A stretch of DNA of 62,011 bases from a virus. Its lineage: Duplodnaviria > Caudoviricetes. The DNA lies in IMG/VR virus record IMGVR_UViG_3300037484_001167, positions 1 to 62,011 of that record; one strand, given 5' to 3'. Made by a program: the position numbers and the translations under genes. The stretch's first letter is position 1. Each line of letters opens with the position of its first letter. Shown here in pieces: positions 26,585-36,792 of the stretch. A model generated the notes under the pieces. That model was not told the origin of the DNA. It saw only the letters and a list, made by a program, of their open reading frames with translations, and made no database searches.

Positions 26585-27756
26585 TACGCAGCAGCCTCCT
26601 TCGTCGCGACGTGTGCGTCAAGAGCTTCTCCGAAGGCACGTCCTACCGCAGGCCACCGGTACTCGGGCCTCGCGGCGATCTCGAGCGCGTTCTTCGAGTA
26701 CTTCTCCCGAAGGTGCACGTCCTGATACAGTCCCTGCAGCGCCTGGATCGTCATCTCCTCATCCGGGACTCCACCGATCACGTTGATCATGCATGGAGTA
26801 ACCGCAGTCGTCGTACACGGGACCTGAATTGCACCACGACCGGTCCACTCACCGAGCGCCGACCACTTCGGCACGATCTGTGGAACCCCGCAGGCCATGC
26901 CTTCCATCGTCGTCAGGCCCCAGCCCTCGCCCTGAGTCGTCGTCAGCTGCACATCGAAGCAGGAGTAGACGTACGGCATTAGCTCTTCCTTGATACCGAA
27001 GCCGATCTCCGGCTCTGCGAGGACGAGCCGCTTGCGGTCTCCGCGGAATCCGTAGTAGCGCATGAGCTGCATCACATCGTAGTTGTCGTCCTTCGTCGGG
27101 GCGATGTGTAAGTAAAGGAACGCATCGTCGATGTGCGACTTACGCACCCACTCAGCGAAGTAGCGGACGGTCAGGTCCAACCGCTTCCTCGGTTGATTCC
27201 TGTTCACGTTCCCGACGACGAAGGCGTCCCCGACGTGCGGGAGGATCTCCGCCTTCTCTCGAGCTTCACTCTTGGGGATCGGACGATAGACGTCGAGGTC
27301 GACGCCGAGAGGAACGACGACCGCAGGTCCCTCGTAGCCTCCGCGTCGAGCCTCACGCAGTCCGAACTCCGTCCAGAAGACGGCTAGCGCCAGCCCCTCG
27401 AGCTTGTTTCCTTGGCAGTTCCTCCCGTCGACAGGCATCGCCGCTACGATCGGGACATCTGGTGACGCGTCTCGCACCTCCTTGACGTACGCCGGAATGT
27501 TCCAGGGATCGTTCTGCACGACGACGACATCCGGCTTGACTGCGCGGACGAGCGCCGCGGTACGTCCGACTCCCCAGACATCCCCTCCGGGTAAGCACGG
27601 GTAGATGGCGTACGGCCACTGATGAGGATCGCCCACGTACCCGACTCCGAGAACGTGAACCTCCCACGAGTCCTTGAGAACGTCCAGCGTCTTGTGTGTG
27701 CATCGGGCGAAGCCCGTGGAAACCACGGCATCCCCGATCCAGAGCAACTTTCTCAC
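26584..27756 (-). CDS. GT4 (GT-B) glycosyltransferase
   Basis: TGFAR, PLGVD, VNRNQPRKRLD, GEGWGLTTMEGMACGVPQI. Confidence 0.9.
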   Translation of the reverse strand: MRKLLWIGDAVVSTGFARCTHKTLDVLKDSWEVHVLGVGYVGDPHQWPYAIYPCLPGGDVWGVGRTAALVRAVKPDVVVVQNDPWNIPAYVKEVRDASPDVPIVAAMPVDGRNCQGNKLEGLALAVFWTEFGLREARRGGYEGPAVVVPLGVDLDVYRPIPKSEAREKAEILPHVGDAFVVGNVNRNQPRKRLDLTVRYFAEWVRKSHIDDAFLYLHIAPTKDDNYDVMQLMRYYGFRGDRKRLVLAEPEIGFGIKEELMPYVYSCFDVQLTTTQGEGWGLTTMEGMACGVPQIVPKWSALGEWTGRGAIQVPCTTTAVTPCMINVIGGVPDEEMTIQALQGLYQDVHLREKYSKNALEIAARPEYRWPAVGRAFGEALDAHVATKEAAA

Positions 27757-28009
27757 GGCATCCCTCCTTCGCGTGCTACGCGCTCTTCTTCATGTATCCT
27801 TCTCAGTGAGCCGTCGGACTGAACCTGGTACTTACGACCATCACGTGATTGTACGACCTCCCCGGCACGAGCACGAAAGACCGAGCGGACATACCTCTCG
27901 AGGTTTACCTTCTCAGCCTCCCTCATGCGCTGCAGCGCCTCGTGCGCAATCAGACGCTGCTCGGCTTCACGGCGGCGATCATTGACCCGTCGGCGCCTGC
28001 TCCTCGGCA

Positions 28010-28417
28010 TCAGCGCGGCCTCTTCACCTCGATCAGTACCTTGCGGAGCAGGTCGTTGTTGTCCTCGACCTGCTTCCGAATCTCCGTAAGGTCGTCGATG
28101 ACGCGCTCCTGCCTGGCTTGGAAGACTCGCAGCTGTGCCTCGTGTGATGCGACTTGCGAGGTGGTGGTGATCACGACCGCATCGATCCGCGCGAGATCCG
28201 AGTCGACGCGCACGCGGTCCCGCCCAGCGAAGAACGCAACCATGCCGAGCAGGATCGTGATGGTACAACCGCCCACCACCACGAGCACCTTGTTGACGGT
28301 CCCGTTCTTCCTGACGATGACCTCACGCTCCTCAAGGTATCGCAGGCGACGGAAGTCCGATCCTGGTGCGTCGTCCACCCGGTGGTGCAGCTGCTTAGAA
28401 TTCATCATCTCGGCCAT
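28010..28417 (-). CDS. Membrane-anchored coiled-coil protein (lysis cassette)
   Basis: Single TM segment followed by coiled coil. Confidence 0.55.
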   Translation of the reverse strand: MAEMMNSKQLHHRVDDAPGSDFRRLRYLEEREVIVRKNGTVNKVLVVVGGCTITILLGMVAFFAGRDRVRVDSDLARIDAVVITTTSQVASHEAQLRVFQARQERVIDDLTEIRKQVEDNNDLLRKVLIEVKRPR

Positions 28418-28438
28418 GGCACTTTCTTCTGTTGGTCC

Positions 28439-28636
28439 CTACTGACTCCGGCGGTCCACGCCATCCCACTCCAGCTTGTGCTGCTTGCACCAGAGCCCGA
28501 TCCCGCCGAGGAACACCGAGAGCAGGGCCCACGCCTCGACCCCGGTGATCCCGTTGTCCACGATCGCGGGAGACACTGCGACTACGGCCAGTATGCCCGA
28601 CGCCAGCGCGCCCTTCCACCACATGTCCCAGCGCAT
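28439..28636 (-). CDS. Putative holin
   Basis: 65 aa, two TM helices, charged C-terminus, near endolysin. Confidence 0.6.
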   Translation of the reverse strand: MRWDMWWKGALASGILAVVAVSPAIVDNGITGVEAWALLSVFLGGIGLWCKQHKLEWDGVDRRSQ

Positions 28637-28647
28637 GTCGACTCCTT

Positions 28648-28920
28648 TCACCAGTCCAGCTTGACCGTTGCTCCGATCGCGTTGCCCCACTCCTCACGCG
28701 AGTAGGCAACGGCAACCGACCAGTGGCCGTTGAGCCGCGCAGCGACTGCAGCGTTCCAGCCGTCCTCTGACTTCTCCACGTGGAGGACCGCACCGTTCGT
28801 CTTCACGCCCGCGAGTGCGGCATCGATGGAGCTCTGGATGTTCGCGTTCGTGAAGAAGCGAACCTCCTGCGGCTTGCCGTCCGCGCCGACTTCGATGCGC
28901 TTCGAGAGTCCTGGTTGCAT
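28648..28920 (-). CDS. Hypothetical protein
   Basis: ORF with SD in late operon. Confidence 0.55.
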   Translation of the reverse strand: MQPGLSKRIEVGADGKPQEVRFFTNANIQSSIDAALAGVKTNGAVLHVEKSEDGWNAAVAARLNGHWSVAVAYSREEWGNAIGATVKLDW

Positions 28921-28925
28921 GGTCC

Positions 28926-30041
28926 CTACTCCTTACACAGGCCCGAGGCCGTGTCGACCTCGCAGCGAGAGCACACTGTGCCGTCGGCGGCGCAGACCTC
29001 GATCCACGTACAGGCATCGCACGTCGCCTGGAAGATGTTGGCCGTCAGCAACACTTTGCCGTCGCTGCGCCACAGCGGTGCCCCGTCGTCCTTCCCCGAG
29101 ACGCCGACGCGCTCGCACGCGAAGCGGTCCGGGTCTCCCTCGACGCGCGCTGGGCACCACAGCTCGTTGATCCCCATCGACGAGCAATAGCCCGTCACCG
29201 TCGAGCCGTCCCAGCGCGTCGCCTCCTTGTTGTAGAACTTGGCAGTCGTGTCGTTCACGCGGAGGTGCCGCTTCGGTCCGCCCCAGCGTCCAACCTTCGG
29301 CGGTACGGGCGAGGGACACGCGCCAACGACGGGAGGCGGCGTCACCGTTCCAGGAGGTAGCCACGAGCCCGAGTACGCGGCGGGCGCCCACTTGACGGTA
29401 CGCCGCGCGCCCCCCGGAGGTACGGGCCCGCTCGAGTCATCACCGACGAACACGTGATAGCCCTCCCACGGGTCGGTCACCTTCGCTGCAGCAGCAACCT
29501 CGTCGGTATGCGGTGTGTGCTGACCCGCGCAGACTCCCAGCTCGCGTAGCTTCGCCTCGACTGCAGCCTGCCACTCCTGCTGAGTCATGTCTCCGAGGAG
29601 GCAGGTCCCGCCGACTGAGCAGTCCGGGCGCAGCGTGATCATTGCCTCGTTCACCTTCGAGCCCAGAGTGCTGATCTGCGCCGGGGCTGGAGTCGTTGGC
29701 TCACCCGCGAGGACGCACCCCTGCGGCGGTTGTGGTCCGCTCGTGACACACTTCCGATCCGCGGTGCACTCCTGGTCCTCGCTGCACTTCGCCTCGAGCC
29801 ACTCCGTGCCCGTTGGGTTGTGGAAGCAGTTGCAGAACTCGCCTTCTTGACAAACGTGTCCTGGCGCGGGAATCGCCTCGCAGCCCTTCGCTGGGTCCGT
29901 ACACAGCGTTCCCGGAGGACAGGTTGCTGGACACTCGGGAGGGGGTCCAGGCGGCTTCGGCTTGGGAATGAGTCCGCACCCCGCAAGGACTAGCACCGCG
30001 CCGACCGCCCACGCCCACGCGAACCGCCACTTCGTTCTCAT
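28926..30041 (-). CDS. Cys-rich lipoprotein
   Basis: Lipobox LAGC after hydrophobic stretch; many Cys. Confidence 0.75.
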   Translation of the reverse strand: MRTKWRFAWAWAVGAVLVLAGCGLIPKPKPPGPPPECPATCPPGTLCTDPAKGCEAIPAPGHVCQEGEFCNCFHNPTGTEWLEAKCSEDQECTADRKCVTSGPQPPQGCVLAGEPTTPAPAQISTLGSKVNEAMITLRPDCSVGGTCLLGDMTQQEWQAAVEAKLRELGVCAGQHTPHTDEVAAAAKVTDPWEGYHVFVGDDSSGPVPPGGARRTVKWAPAAYSGSWLPPGTVTPPPVVGACPSPVPPKVGRWGGPKRHLRVNDTTAKFYNKEATRWDGSTVTGYCSSMGINELWCPARVEGDPDRFACERVGVSGKDDGAPLWRSDGKVLLTANIFQATCDACTWIEVCAADGTVCSRCEVDTASGLCKE

Positions 30042-30508
30042 GACGTCACCCTCCTTCTCAACCTGCGTCCACCAAGTATCCGCCCCCGGTCAAACGCGGC
30101 TACGCTCACCTGGTTCCCCTGGTTCCCCGCGAGTAGCCAGATCCTCGTCTCGTCGTGGTCGGAGTAGAACCCAACGTGTCCTGGTGCGCTCAGCACCTCG
30201 GGCCCTGGCTGATTGCCGTCGCCCCGCTTCAGCACGAAAACGTCGAAGCCTACGACAGCATGCTCGACGTCCACCGGCTCACCCACGGACAACCACGAGC
30301 GGGCACGCGCCGGCAGCGCAGGCAGTTCGAGATCCAGCTCCCAGCCGATCCCACCTACGAAGGCTCCACACCACGGTGTCTCGTCGTGCTGATGGCGGCC
30401 CAGTCCAGCCCTCATCAGCCACCACTGGATGAGAGGGTGGTCCTCGCCTCCCGGGAACTCCCTGACCGTCAAGTAGCGCTTCGCAAGCCAGTGGGGTGTG
30501 ATGTCCAC
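30038..30508 (-). CDS. NlpC/P60 (TIGR02594-like) endolysin
   Basis: DETPWCGAFV, ARSWL..G, GHVGF, LAGNQGNQV. Confidence 0.88.
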   Translation of the reverse strand: MDITPHWLAKRYLTVREFPGGEDHPLIQWWLMRAGLGRHQHDETPWCGAFVGGIGWELDLELPALPARARSWLSVGEPVDVEHAVVGFDVFVLKRGDGNQPGPEVLSAPGHVGFYSDHDETRIWLLAGNQGNQVSVAAFDRGRILGGRRLRRRVTS

Positions 30509-30509
30509 G

Positions 30510-31220
30510 TCAGGCCCTCCCCTGATAGGTCCACCGCCGCCCCGGCCATGTTGGGAAGTGGAAGTAGCGGTTGCCGATGCCGGAGGCACGCCCGACGTGC
30601 TCGACGAAGGACGGCGCGGCCGCGAGGAAGTAGGTCAGCCCCCGCCCCTTACCCCACTTCTGGAGAAGGAGGTCGTGCCCGTGGTCCGTCACGCCGCCGT
30701 AGGACGGATTCGGCCCGAGCCACTCTGCAAGCTGCAGGGCATCCTCCGTCCGCCAAGCGCAGGCTTGAGCCCCGTAGAATGCCTTCACGGGATAGTCCCA
30801 TGAGGCAAGTCCATGCATCATGCATACCTTCAGCTGCGAGTAGTTCGCACCGAAGACATACATGAGCCGGTCGGCCCGTGTATGGTCGCGCAGCCAGCGC
30901 AGCAAGCTCCCGACGAAGTCGGCGCAGAAGTCGAGGTCGTCCTCGAGAACGAGTGCCCACGTCGCACCCGCATTCGCCGTAACACGAATCGCCCGTGCTG
31001 CATTCTGGTGCAGCGTGAGCGGAGCTTCAGCGGTGTCAACGACCTCAGCTCTCCCGTCCTCGAACAGGCGCTCGAGCGGACCTTCGGTATGCGACACCCA
31101 AAGGGAGTGCACGCCCGCAAGGCTGGGACTCGAGCGCTTCAGGTTACGCAGCGTCGGTCCGAGGTAGTCAAGACCGTCCTTGCGCAGTGCCGTCTTGATC
31201 GCGATGGCGACGTTAGGCAT
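30510..31220 (-). CDS. GT-A fold glycosyltransferase
   Basis: LVLEDDLDFC DxD motif, PSFVEHVG..S. Confidence 0.75.
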   Translation of the reverse strand: MPNVAIAIKTALRKDGLDYLGPTLRNLKRSSPSLAGVHSLWVSHTEGPLERLFEDGRAEVVDTAEAPLTLHQNAARAIRVTANAGATWALVLEDDLDFCADFVGSLLRWLRDHTRADRLMYVFGANYSQLKVCMMHGLASWDYPVKAFYGAQACAWRTEDALQLAEWLGPNPSYGGVTDHGHDLLLQKWGKGRGLTYFLAAAPSFVEHVGRASGIGNRYFHFPTWPGRRWTYQGRA

Positions 31221-31938
31221 CGCGGTACCTCCAATCCCTCCCTGCGAAGTATGGACTCCGCATGATCGGTCGTGCTCTGAACGCGTGCGTCAACGACTCG
31301 TCTCCCTCGTGCTGCGCGAAGCTCGGATTCGACGCAAGGAGAGGGCCTGATGCCCACTCCCGCATCATCATGTCGAACCCACTGACCTGCCAGGGCTGCC
31401 GCATGGTCAAACGCCAGCGCCCGATGTGCAGGCGTACCCACTCCGCAAGGGACTGGGAATCCGCCCAGCGCATTGCCACAGCAATGGCCCCGTACGACTT
31501 CGCAGGTTGATCCCACGCCTCGCGCTTTGCGGGGGCAACTCCCTTGAACGTGCAGAAGGAGTAGAGCTGGCGGTCCGGACGTGCATGCCGTTTGAGCCAG
31601 CGGACGACGCTCCCGATGAAGTCGTCGCAGAAGGAGACGTCGTCTTCAAGGTGTAGGAGCCAGTCACAGCGCGGCACTCCCCTAAGCAATGCAAGCCCGT
31701 TCTCGTTACGTGTAAGCCTACGCTTAGGCACGTGGAGCGTACACACTTCACGTGCTGGTAGTAGCCCACTCCACGCGAGATTCCGATCAAGCCACTCGGT
31801 CTCAGGAGCGGTAACGAACAAGTGCAAGCGCCTACGATCCAGCATCGGGCTCGAACGGAATAGGTCGCGTAGCGTTGCTCCAACATAGTTCGTCCGCGGC
31901 GCGCGGTCTGCCGTCGTCACCGCAACGTGGAGGATCAT
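31213..31938 (-). CDS. GT-A fold glycosyltransferase (paralog)
   Basis: LHLEDDVSFC, PSFAQHEG.ES; similar to adjacent gene. Confidence 0.75.
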   Translation of the reverse strand: MILHVAVTTADRAPRTNYVGATLRDLFRSSPMLDRRRLHLFVTAPETEWLDRNLAWSGLLPAREVCTLHVPKRRLTRNENGLALLRGVPRCDWLLHLEDDVSFCDDFIGSVVRWLKRHARPDRQLYSFCTFKGVAPAKREAWDQPAKSYGAIAVAMRWADSQSLAEWVRLHIGRWRLTMRQPWQVSGFDMMMREWASGPLLASNPSFAQHEGDESLTHAFRARPIMRSPYFAGRDWRYRDA

Positions 31939-32489
31939 GCCGTCCTCCGGCTTGCGTTGTAACGCACGTCCCACTCGGCCGTCGCCTTGTCGAAGTCGCC
32001 GCTCCCGCCGATCCTGTACCAGAACGTCCTGAAGTCGGTCTTCGCTGTGTGCAGCCAGATCGTCATGCTCCGATCAGGAATCGGACCGAGGAAGACCTGC
32101 ACGTTCGCCGTCACCGTCTGCACGTAGAGCTCGCATAGCGCGATGCGCGATGCCCGTGTCGCGTAGTCCTGCTCGTCGCGGTGCACGAGCGCGAGCCGCA
32201 TGAAGCGCAAGAATCTCGAGGTGTCCCAGCGGCGTAGTAGGCTCGCGACGACCTCCTCGGGCTGGCGCCGCAGGTGAACATAGAAGGCGTCTGGGTAGCG
32301 TTCGGTCAGTTGGCCGAGGTGCCAGGACAGGCGCGGGTCCGTCTCGATGTGATTCGGCAGGTAGTCCAGCCGGCCCGCGAGCTTGCGTACGCGCGTCTCG
32401 TGACCCGACGTGTAATTCGTCAAGTGTGCACACGCCCGCGAGAACGTGACCGTGCCGCAGCGTCCCGTGCCGACGACGAAGACGTTCAT
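31935..32489 (-). CDS. Sulfotransferase-like P-loop protein
   Basis: VFVVGTGRCGT and YVHLRR.P..VVAS PAPS-binding motifs. Confidence 0.7.
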   Translation of the reverse strand: MNVFVVGTGRCGTVTFSRACAHLTNYTSGHETRVRKLAGRLDYLPNHIETDPRLSWHLGQLTERYPDAFYVHLRRQPEEVVASLLRRWDTSRFLRFMRLALVHRDEQDYATRASRIALCELYVQTVTANVQVFLGPIPDRSMTIWLHTAKTDFRTFWYRIGGSGDFDKATAEWDVRYNASRRTA

Positions 32490-33259
32490 GCAACGCCTCC
32501 GTACACGTGCTGGTCCTCAACGCACCAGACTGGGCCCGTCCGTGCAATCTTGATCGCCTGCTTCACGTTACTCTCGACGAAAAGCCCTGCTCCACACGCT
32601 CGATAGCGTTCGGCTTTCCACAACGCATGCTGTCCCGCGGCGCGCCGTACTGCATGCGAGGGGTAGTTCATCATCTCCAAACGGGCGTAGGAGATCCCGT
32701 TGCTCGCAAGCCATGCTTCGGTCGAGGTCCGATACCGCTCCAGCCTGCACGTGATGATCGCGCGGAGCGGGCGCGTCGGTCGGTAGAGAGGTGGAGCCTC
32801 CGCGACGAAACGTGCGTAGGCTTCGCCGTCCCTCTGATCCTTTCCGGGCCCGACGCAGAGTACATCGTCGAGGTCGGTCGCGACTTCGGGAAGGTGGAAA
32901 CTCCTCCAGAGGTTCCACTCGAAGAGCCTGGGCTCTGGACACCGAGCAAGGACGATGTCCGCGGCAGTCGGGTCTCCACCATAGACGACGAGTGTTGTGA
33001 TCTCGGTTGCATAACACTGAACCTCGTCCATCGCTTGTCGGAGCGTCTTCCCCGTACGTAGCGTATCGTCGACGAGAAGGAGGTGGTTCGAGGAGAACTC
33101 CGTTCCGAACTGTACGAGTCGGGGCCACTGCAGGTGCAGCGCGATTAGAGATGCAGCAAGTGCTCCGCTACGCGGGATGCCAACGATCGCGTCGATGGTG
33201 CGCGGGATCCGCCGAAGGCGGTACACAATCTCCGCGTTCAGGTCCGCCACGCTTCGCAT
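32486..33259 (-). CDS. Phosphoribosyltransferase-HAD phosphatase fusion
   Basis: GIPRSG, LLVDDTLRTGKT (PRTase); DLDDVL, TCR, FVES (HAD-like). Confidence 0.75.
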   Translation of the reverse strand: MRSVADLNAEIVYRLRRIPRTIDAIVGIPRSGALAASLIALHLQWPRLVQFGTEFSSNHLLLVDDTLRTGKTLRQAMDEVQCYATEITTLVVYGGDPTAADIVLARCPEPRLFEWNLWRSFHLPEVATDLDDVLCVGPGKDQRDGEAYARFVAEAPPLYRPTRPLRAIITCRLERYRTSTEAWLASNGISYARLEMMNYPSHAVRRAAGQHALWKAERYRACGAGLFVESNVKQAIKIARTGPVWCVEDQHVYGGVA

Positions 33260-33347
33260 GTGTAGGGATGTCACAGTAGATCCAGAGAGGAGCACACCGC
33301 GCCTGCGATGAAACCGATGACGAACGCGAGGCCGAGCAAGAGCCAGA

Positions 33348-33917
33348 TCACTTCGTACCTCGCACACCGAGATTGCACCAGCCGTGCCAGTAGCCTCGGC
33401 ACTCGTCCTTCGTCATGAGGCGCACGTCCTTCAAGCCGGCGTGCGTCAAATGCGCCTGCAGCGACTTCGGCGTGAACAGCGCGCGGTGCCAATACGGATC
33501 TCCGTACGGCCGCCCGTTGAACGGCCTCGAATGCGCGAAGACCTTGCCTGCGCACCAGAGGTAGCCATCACCCCGCGGATTGAAGCGCTTCCACCCGTCC
33601 TTACCGTAGGGGTTGACCCCGTTCTCTTCGAGGTCGACCAGTGCCTTCGCAACCTTGTACGCATCGACCGTCCAAACCTCGAGAACGCCGCCCGGCCGCA
33701 CGACGCGAGCCCACCCAGCAACGATCTCCTCCGTCTCGTACCAGGGCAGGTGCTCGATGATGTGCGAGGCGTAGACGACGTGGAACGTGTTTGGAGGGAA
33801 GGGGAGCTTCCGTACATCGCCGACGTGCTGGATGTTCGGACGCCTCTGGATGTCGATCCCTTCGAAGCCCTGGACAGGATAGGCGCCTGGTGCGATGTCC
33901 AAACACCGCTTCTTCAC
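33348..33917 (-). CDS. Class I SAM-dependent methyltransferase
   Basis: LDIAPG, GDVRKLPF, ASHIIEH, RVVRPGG. Confidence 0.85.
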   Translation of the reverse strand: MKKRCLDIAPGAYPVQGFEGIDIQRRPNIQHVGDVRKLPFPPNTFHVVYASHIIEHLPWYETEEIVAGWARVVRPGGVLEVWTVDAYKVAKALVDLEENGVNPYGKDGWKRFNPRGDGYLWCAGKVFAHSRPFNGRPYGDPYWHRALFTPKSLQAHLTHAGLKDVRLMTKDECRGYWHGWCNLGVRGTK

Positions 33918-34318
33918 CGGACGCCTCCCGTCACGTGACCGAGAAAGACCTGAAGAACGAAGGGCCGTGCCGCACCAGGATCGTGGAGGCCCTCGGTATC
34001 GATGATGGACCCGCTGCTGCCGTCCGGAAGGATGAAGGTGTCCTTCGGATCCACAGGCTCCACGCGATGCGCAGAGCCGTTCGGAGGAATGACCTCGAGG
34101 AACGTCAATGTCGCCTCGATCTGGACGACGCGTCCGTCGCTCAGCTTCCGCTGGTGGAGCTTCTGCTCGATGAGGCACTGCCTCAGCACGATGACCGTCG
34201 ACTCGTCTCCGAGACCATCCTGCCCGGTCCACGTCACATGCTGAACAAACCCCTGGACGGGCTTCGTCACCTTGTGCGCGACCTTGACGGCCTTACGGAT
34301 GATCGAGTCGAGCGCCAC
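33914..34318 (-). CDS. Head closure/head-tail joining protein
   Basis: Synteny after connector; DTFILPDG. Confidence 0.55.
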   Translation of the reverse strand: MALDSIIRKAVKVAHKVTKPVQGFVQHVTWTGQDGLGDESTVIVLRQCLIEQKLHQRKLSDGRVVQIEATLTFLEVIPPNGSAHRVEPVDPKDTFILPDGSSGSIIDTEGLHDPGAARPFVLQVFLGHVTGGVR

Positions 34319-34522
34319 GTCAGCTCCTCGCGGTCGTGCGCAGCTGGCCCTTAATCCTGTCCACGACGCGCTCGGCTTCGCGCTCCTGATCGTGCTCGCG
34401 CAGCGCGTCCTTGACAGCCTGCTTGACCGATGCGGTAACGTCCTTCATCGTACCGTGGACCGTCACGACGACCACCTTCATCTTCAACTCACCGACCTGC
34501 GCCACAGCCTCCCTCCTTCCAC

Positions 34523-35080
34523 TTAGAGCGACTCGAACACGAGCCCACTGAATTCCGCGTCCTCGTCCCGAACGTCGAGAAGCCACGACGGAACGAGCAA
34601 CATGATCACAGCCTCCGGCACCACCGCCTCGAGTGAGTCGCGCCGTGACAGCGCCAGCCTCTGCTCCTCACGATCCTTGAACGTGACCGCCACCGGCCCT
34701 GCCTTGACCGAGGTGATTCCCTGCGCGAGCACAGCACTGTCCTCCGTACGGTCCTCTGCGAGGAGCTGCCTCGCGAACTCGGACTGTGCGTTCTTCAGCG
34801 GCCCCGGAACCGACGATGTCGGAATCCCGAAGCCATTCCGATTGAGCATTCCGACGCGCGGCCAGCCCAACGCCTGCACAGACGTTGTAGCCCGACCCGT
34901 CCACGCTCGTGGCATCGCGTCGAGTAGACGACACGACATGACCAACGCCGCTTCCTTGCGATCAGCTGAAGCCGATAGCCATCCCGAGGCGTAGAGATGC
35001 CCCGCAGCGTAGCTATCGGCTTCAGCTACAGACGCGTAGGAGTTGGCGTTTGCGGCTCCAGGCGTCGTGATGATCGCCAC
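34523..35080 (-). CDS. Head-tail connector/adaptor (DnaT-like family)
   Basis: ANSYASVAEADSY, QALGWPR, VKAGPVAVTF. Confidence 0.8.
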   Translation of the reverse strand: MAIITTPGAANANSYASVAEADSYAAGHLYASGWLSASADRKEAALVMSCRLLDAMPRAWTGRATTSVQALGWPRVGMLNRNGFGIPTSSVPGPLKNAQSEFARQLLAEDRTEDSAVLAQGITSVKAGPVAVTFKDREEQRLALSRRDSLEAVVPEAVIMLLVPSWLLDVRDEDAEFSGLVFESL

Positions 35081-35097
35081 GATCCCCTCCCTTCGTC

Positions 35098-35145
35098 AAA
35101 GACCTGGCGGACCTCGCTCCAGGACGAGAACGAGGTCCCGCCAGG
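35098..35145 (-). terminator. Probable intrinsic terminator after major capsid gene
   Basis: Minus-strand stem CCUGGCG-GGACCUCGUUC...GAGCGAGGUCC-GCCAGG followed by UCUUU. Confidence 0.55.
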
Positions 35146-35152
35146 AGGAGAC

Positions 35153-36193
35153 CTAGGCGTGCATGTCGACGACGCCCGAGCGGTGCTCGGAGTCGCTGGT
35201 GATCAGGGGGACCTGGATGGTCATCGCCTTGAAGTTGATCCGCATGCCGCCCTGGATGTCCCACTGGATCGTCCGAAGCGGCTCCCCCTGGTACAGACGC
35301 ACGACGTCGTCCGTCGCCTGGACGAGCACGACGTGGCCCGCCGGGCACTGGTCGGCGACGGTGACGCCGCGGACCTGGTCGACCTCGAGCAGCCGGCTCA
35401 TGATGGTCTTGTCGCTGTTCGCCTTGAAGTCGGAGGCGAGCTTGGTCGAGACGTTCGACGGGACGTACAGGAAGTACGGCCCGAAGAAGCGGTCGGCCTC
35501 CGCCGCCGTGATCGCCGTCAGGAGGTCGACGAGGATCTGCTCCCCCGTCTTCGCGGCGAGGTTCCACGCCCCGCCGGCCCCGTACGCGACCTGGTTCCGG
35601 TCGAGGTGCGTCGTGTACCCGTAGATCGGGAACCCGCCGTACGTGGGTCCCCCCTGGAACAGCATCAGCTCCAGGCGCTCGGCGATCAGCCGACCGCAGG
35701 TTCGCACCTGCATGGTGTCCAGAGCCTCTCCCCGCTCCCGCGACGCTGCGAGGTCGCGGATGTGCAGGAAGAAGTCCTTGTGGGTGATCGGCAGGGGGAC
35801 CGAGTTGAGCTCGAACTCCTGACGATCGGCGATGTCCTCGCTCATGCCGTCGAGCGAGGTGACGGCGGGCTCCATGTCGGTGACCTTCTCGTACTGGATG
35901 ATCGTCTTCCCCATGGAGTTCGCGACCGGACGCGTGAGCCCCGCTGCGATGAGATCCCGGATCCCCCGCAGGCGGATCTCGCCGGCGGCGATCAGGGCCT
36001 CGTCGAAGAAGACCCACTCATCCTTGCGGAGCGTGTCGAGGGTGCGCAGAGCATCGGACGACAGTCGATACCCGCTTCCCGCGTTGAGAGCCTCGAGCAG
36101 CCGCTCGCCCGCCCAGCGTCCGGAGCTGAGGCTCCAGAACTTCCGCGGCGTGTCGGTCTGCGCACCGGCTCCTGCCTTTGCGTTCTTCGCCAT
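35153..36193 (-). CDS. Major capsid protein (HK97 fold, encapsulin/linocin-like)
   Basis: LRKDEW..FD, VPLPITHKDF..IRDL.ASR, IYGYTTH; strongly biased codon usage. Confidence 0.85.
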   Translation of the reverse strand: MAKNAKAGAGAQTDTPRKFWSLSSGRWAGERLLEALNAGSGYRLSSDALRTLDTLRKDEWVFFDEALIAAGEIRLRGIRDLIAAGLTRPVANSMGKTIIQYEKVTDMEPAVTSLDGMSEDIADRQEFELNSVPLPITHKDFFLHIRDLAASRERGEALDTMQVRTCGRLIAERLELMLFQGGPTYGGFPIYGYTTHLDRNQVAYGAGGAWNLAAKTGEQILVDLLTAITAAEADRFFGPYFLYVPSNVSTKLASDFKANSDKTIMSRLLEVDQVRGVTVADQCPAGHVVLVQATDDVVRLYQGEPLRTIQWDIQGGMRINFKAMTIQVPLITSDSEHRSGVVDMHA

Positions 36194-36265
36194 GTGCGTC
36201 GTCTCCTTTCTCTCTTCCGGTTGCACCGACGCGCATCATGCGCGCCGAACGCTACCGAGGGAACG

Positions 36266-36712
36266 TCAGAGGATCTCGGCCTTCACGCGAGCGAGGCCGA
36301 GCACCCCGAGCGTGGGGCTCGTGGTGAGGTCGGCGTCGTCCACGGCGACGGCGAGAGCCTGGTTGCCGGCGGTCCACGGGATGAGCGCACCCAGCCCGTT
36401 GGACATGAGCAGGTTGCCCAGCGCGACGGCCGTGCCCGAGGGCACCAGCGCGTGTACGACCTGGCCCTGGTGGAAGCCGCCGATCTTCACGCGGTCGCCG
36501 ACGGCGTAGACCACGTCGATGTCGCGCCCGAGCTCGCTGCGCTCGAGAGCGAAGTTCCGGGCGCCGAACCCGCCCGCGGTCTGGTGACGGACGACCGTCG
36601 CTCCGCTGATCACCAGGAGGTGACCGGGGTAGATCCCGGCCTCCCCTGCGCTCGCCTGCTCGGCGACGACGGGCGAACCTCCCATCAGTGCGATGACCCT
36701 GTTTCGTGCCAT
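36266..36712 (-). CDS. Head decoration protein
   Basis: IYPGHL, YAVGDRV, LLMSNGLG; between protease/scaffold and capsid. Confidence 0.7.
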   Translation of the reverse strand: MARNRVIALMGGSPVVAEQASAGEAGIYPGHLLVISGATVVRHQTAGGFGARNFALERSELGRDIDVVYAVGDRVKIGGFHQGQVVHALVPSGTAVALGNLLMSNGLGALIPWTAGNQALAVAVDDADLTTSPTLGVLGLARVKAEIL

Positions 36713-36792
36713 GTACTTCTTCTCCCTGTGTGCTTGGGTCGGCTGCTAGCTCTGTCCCCGACCCGAACTTCTTCTCCGTTGGGTGTTTCGCC

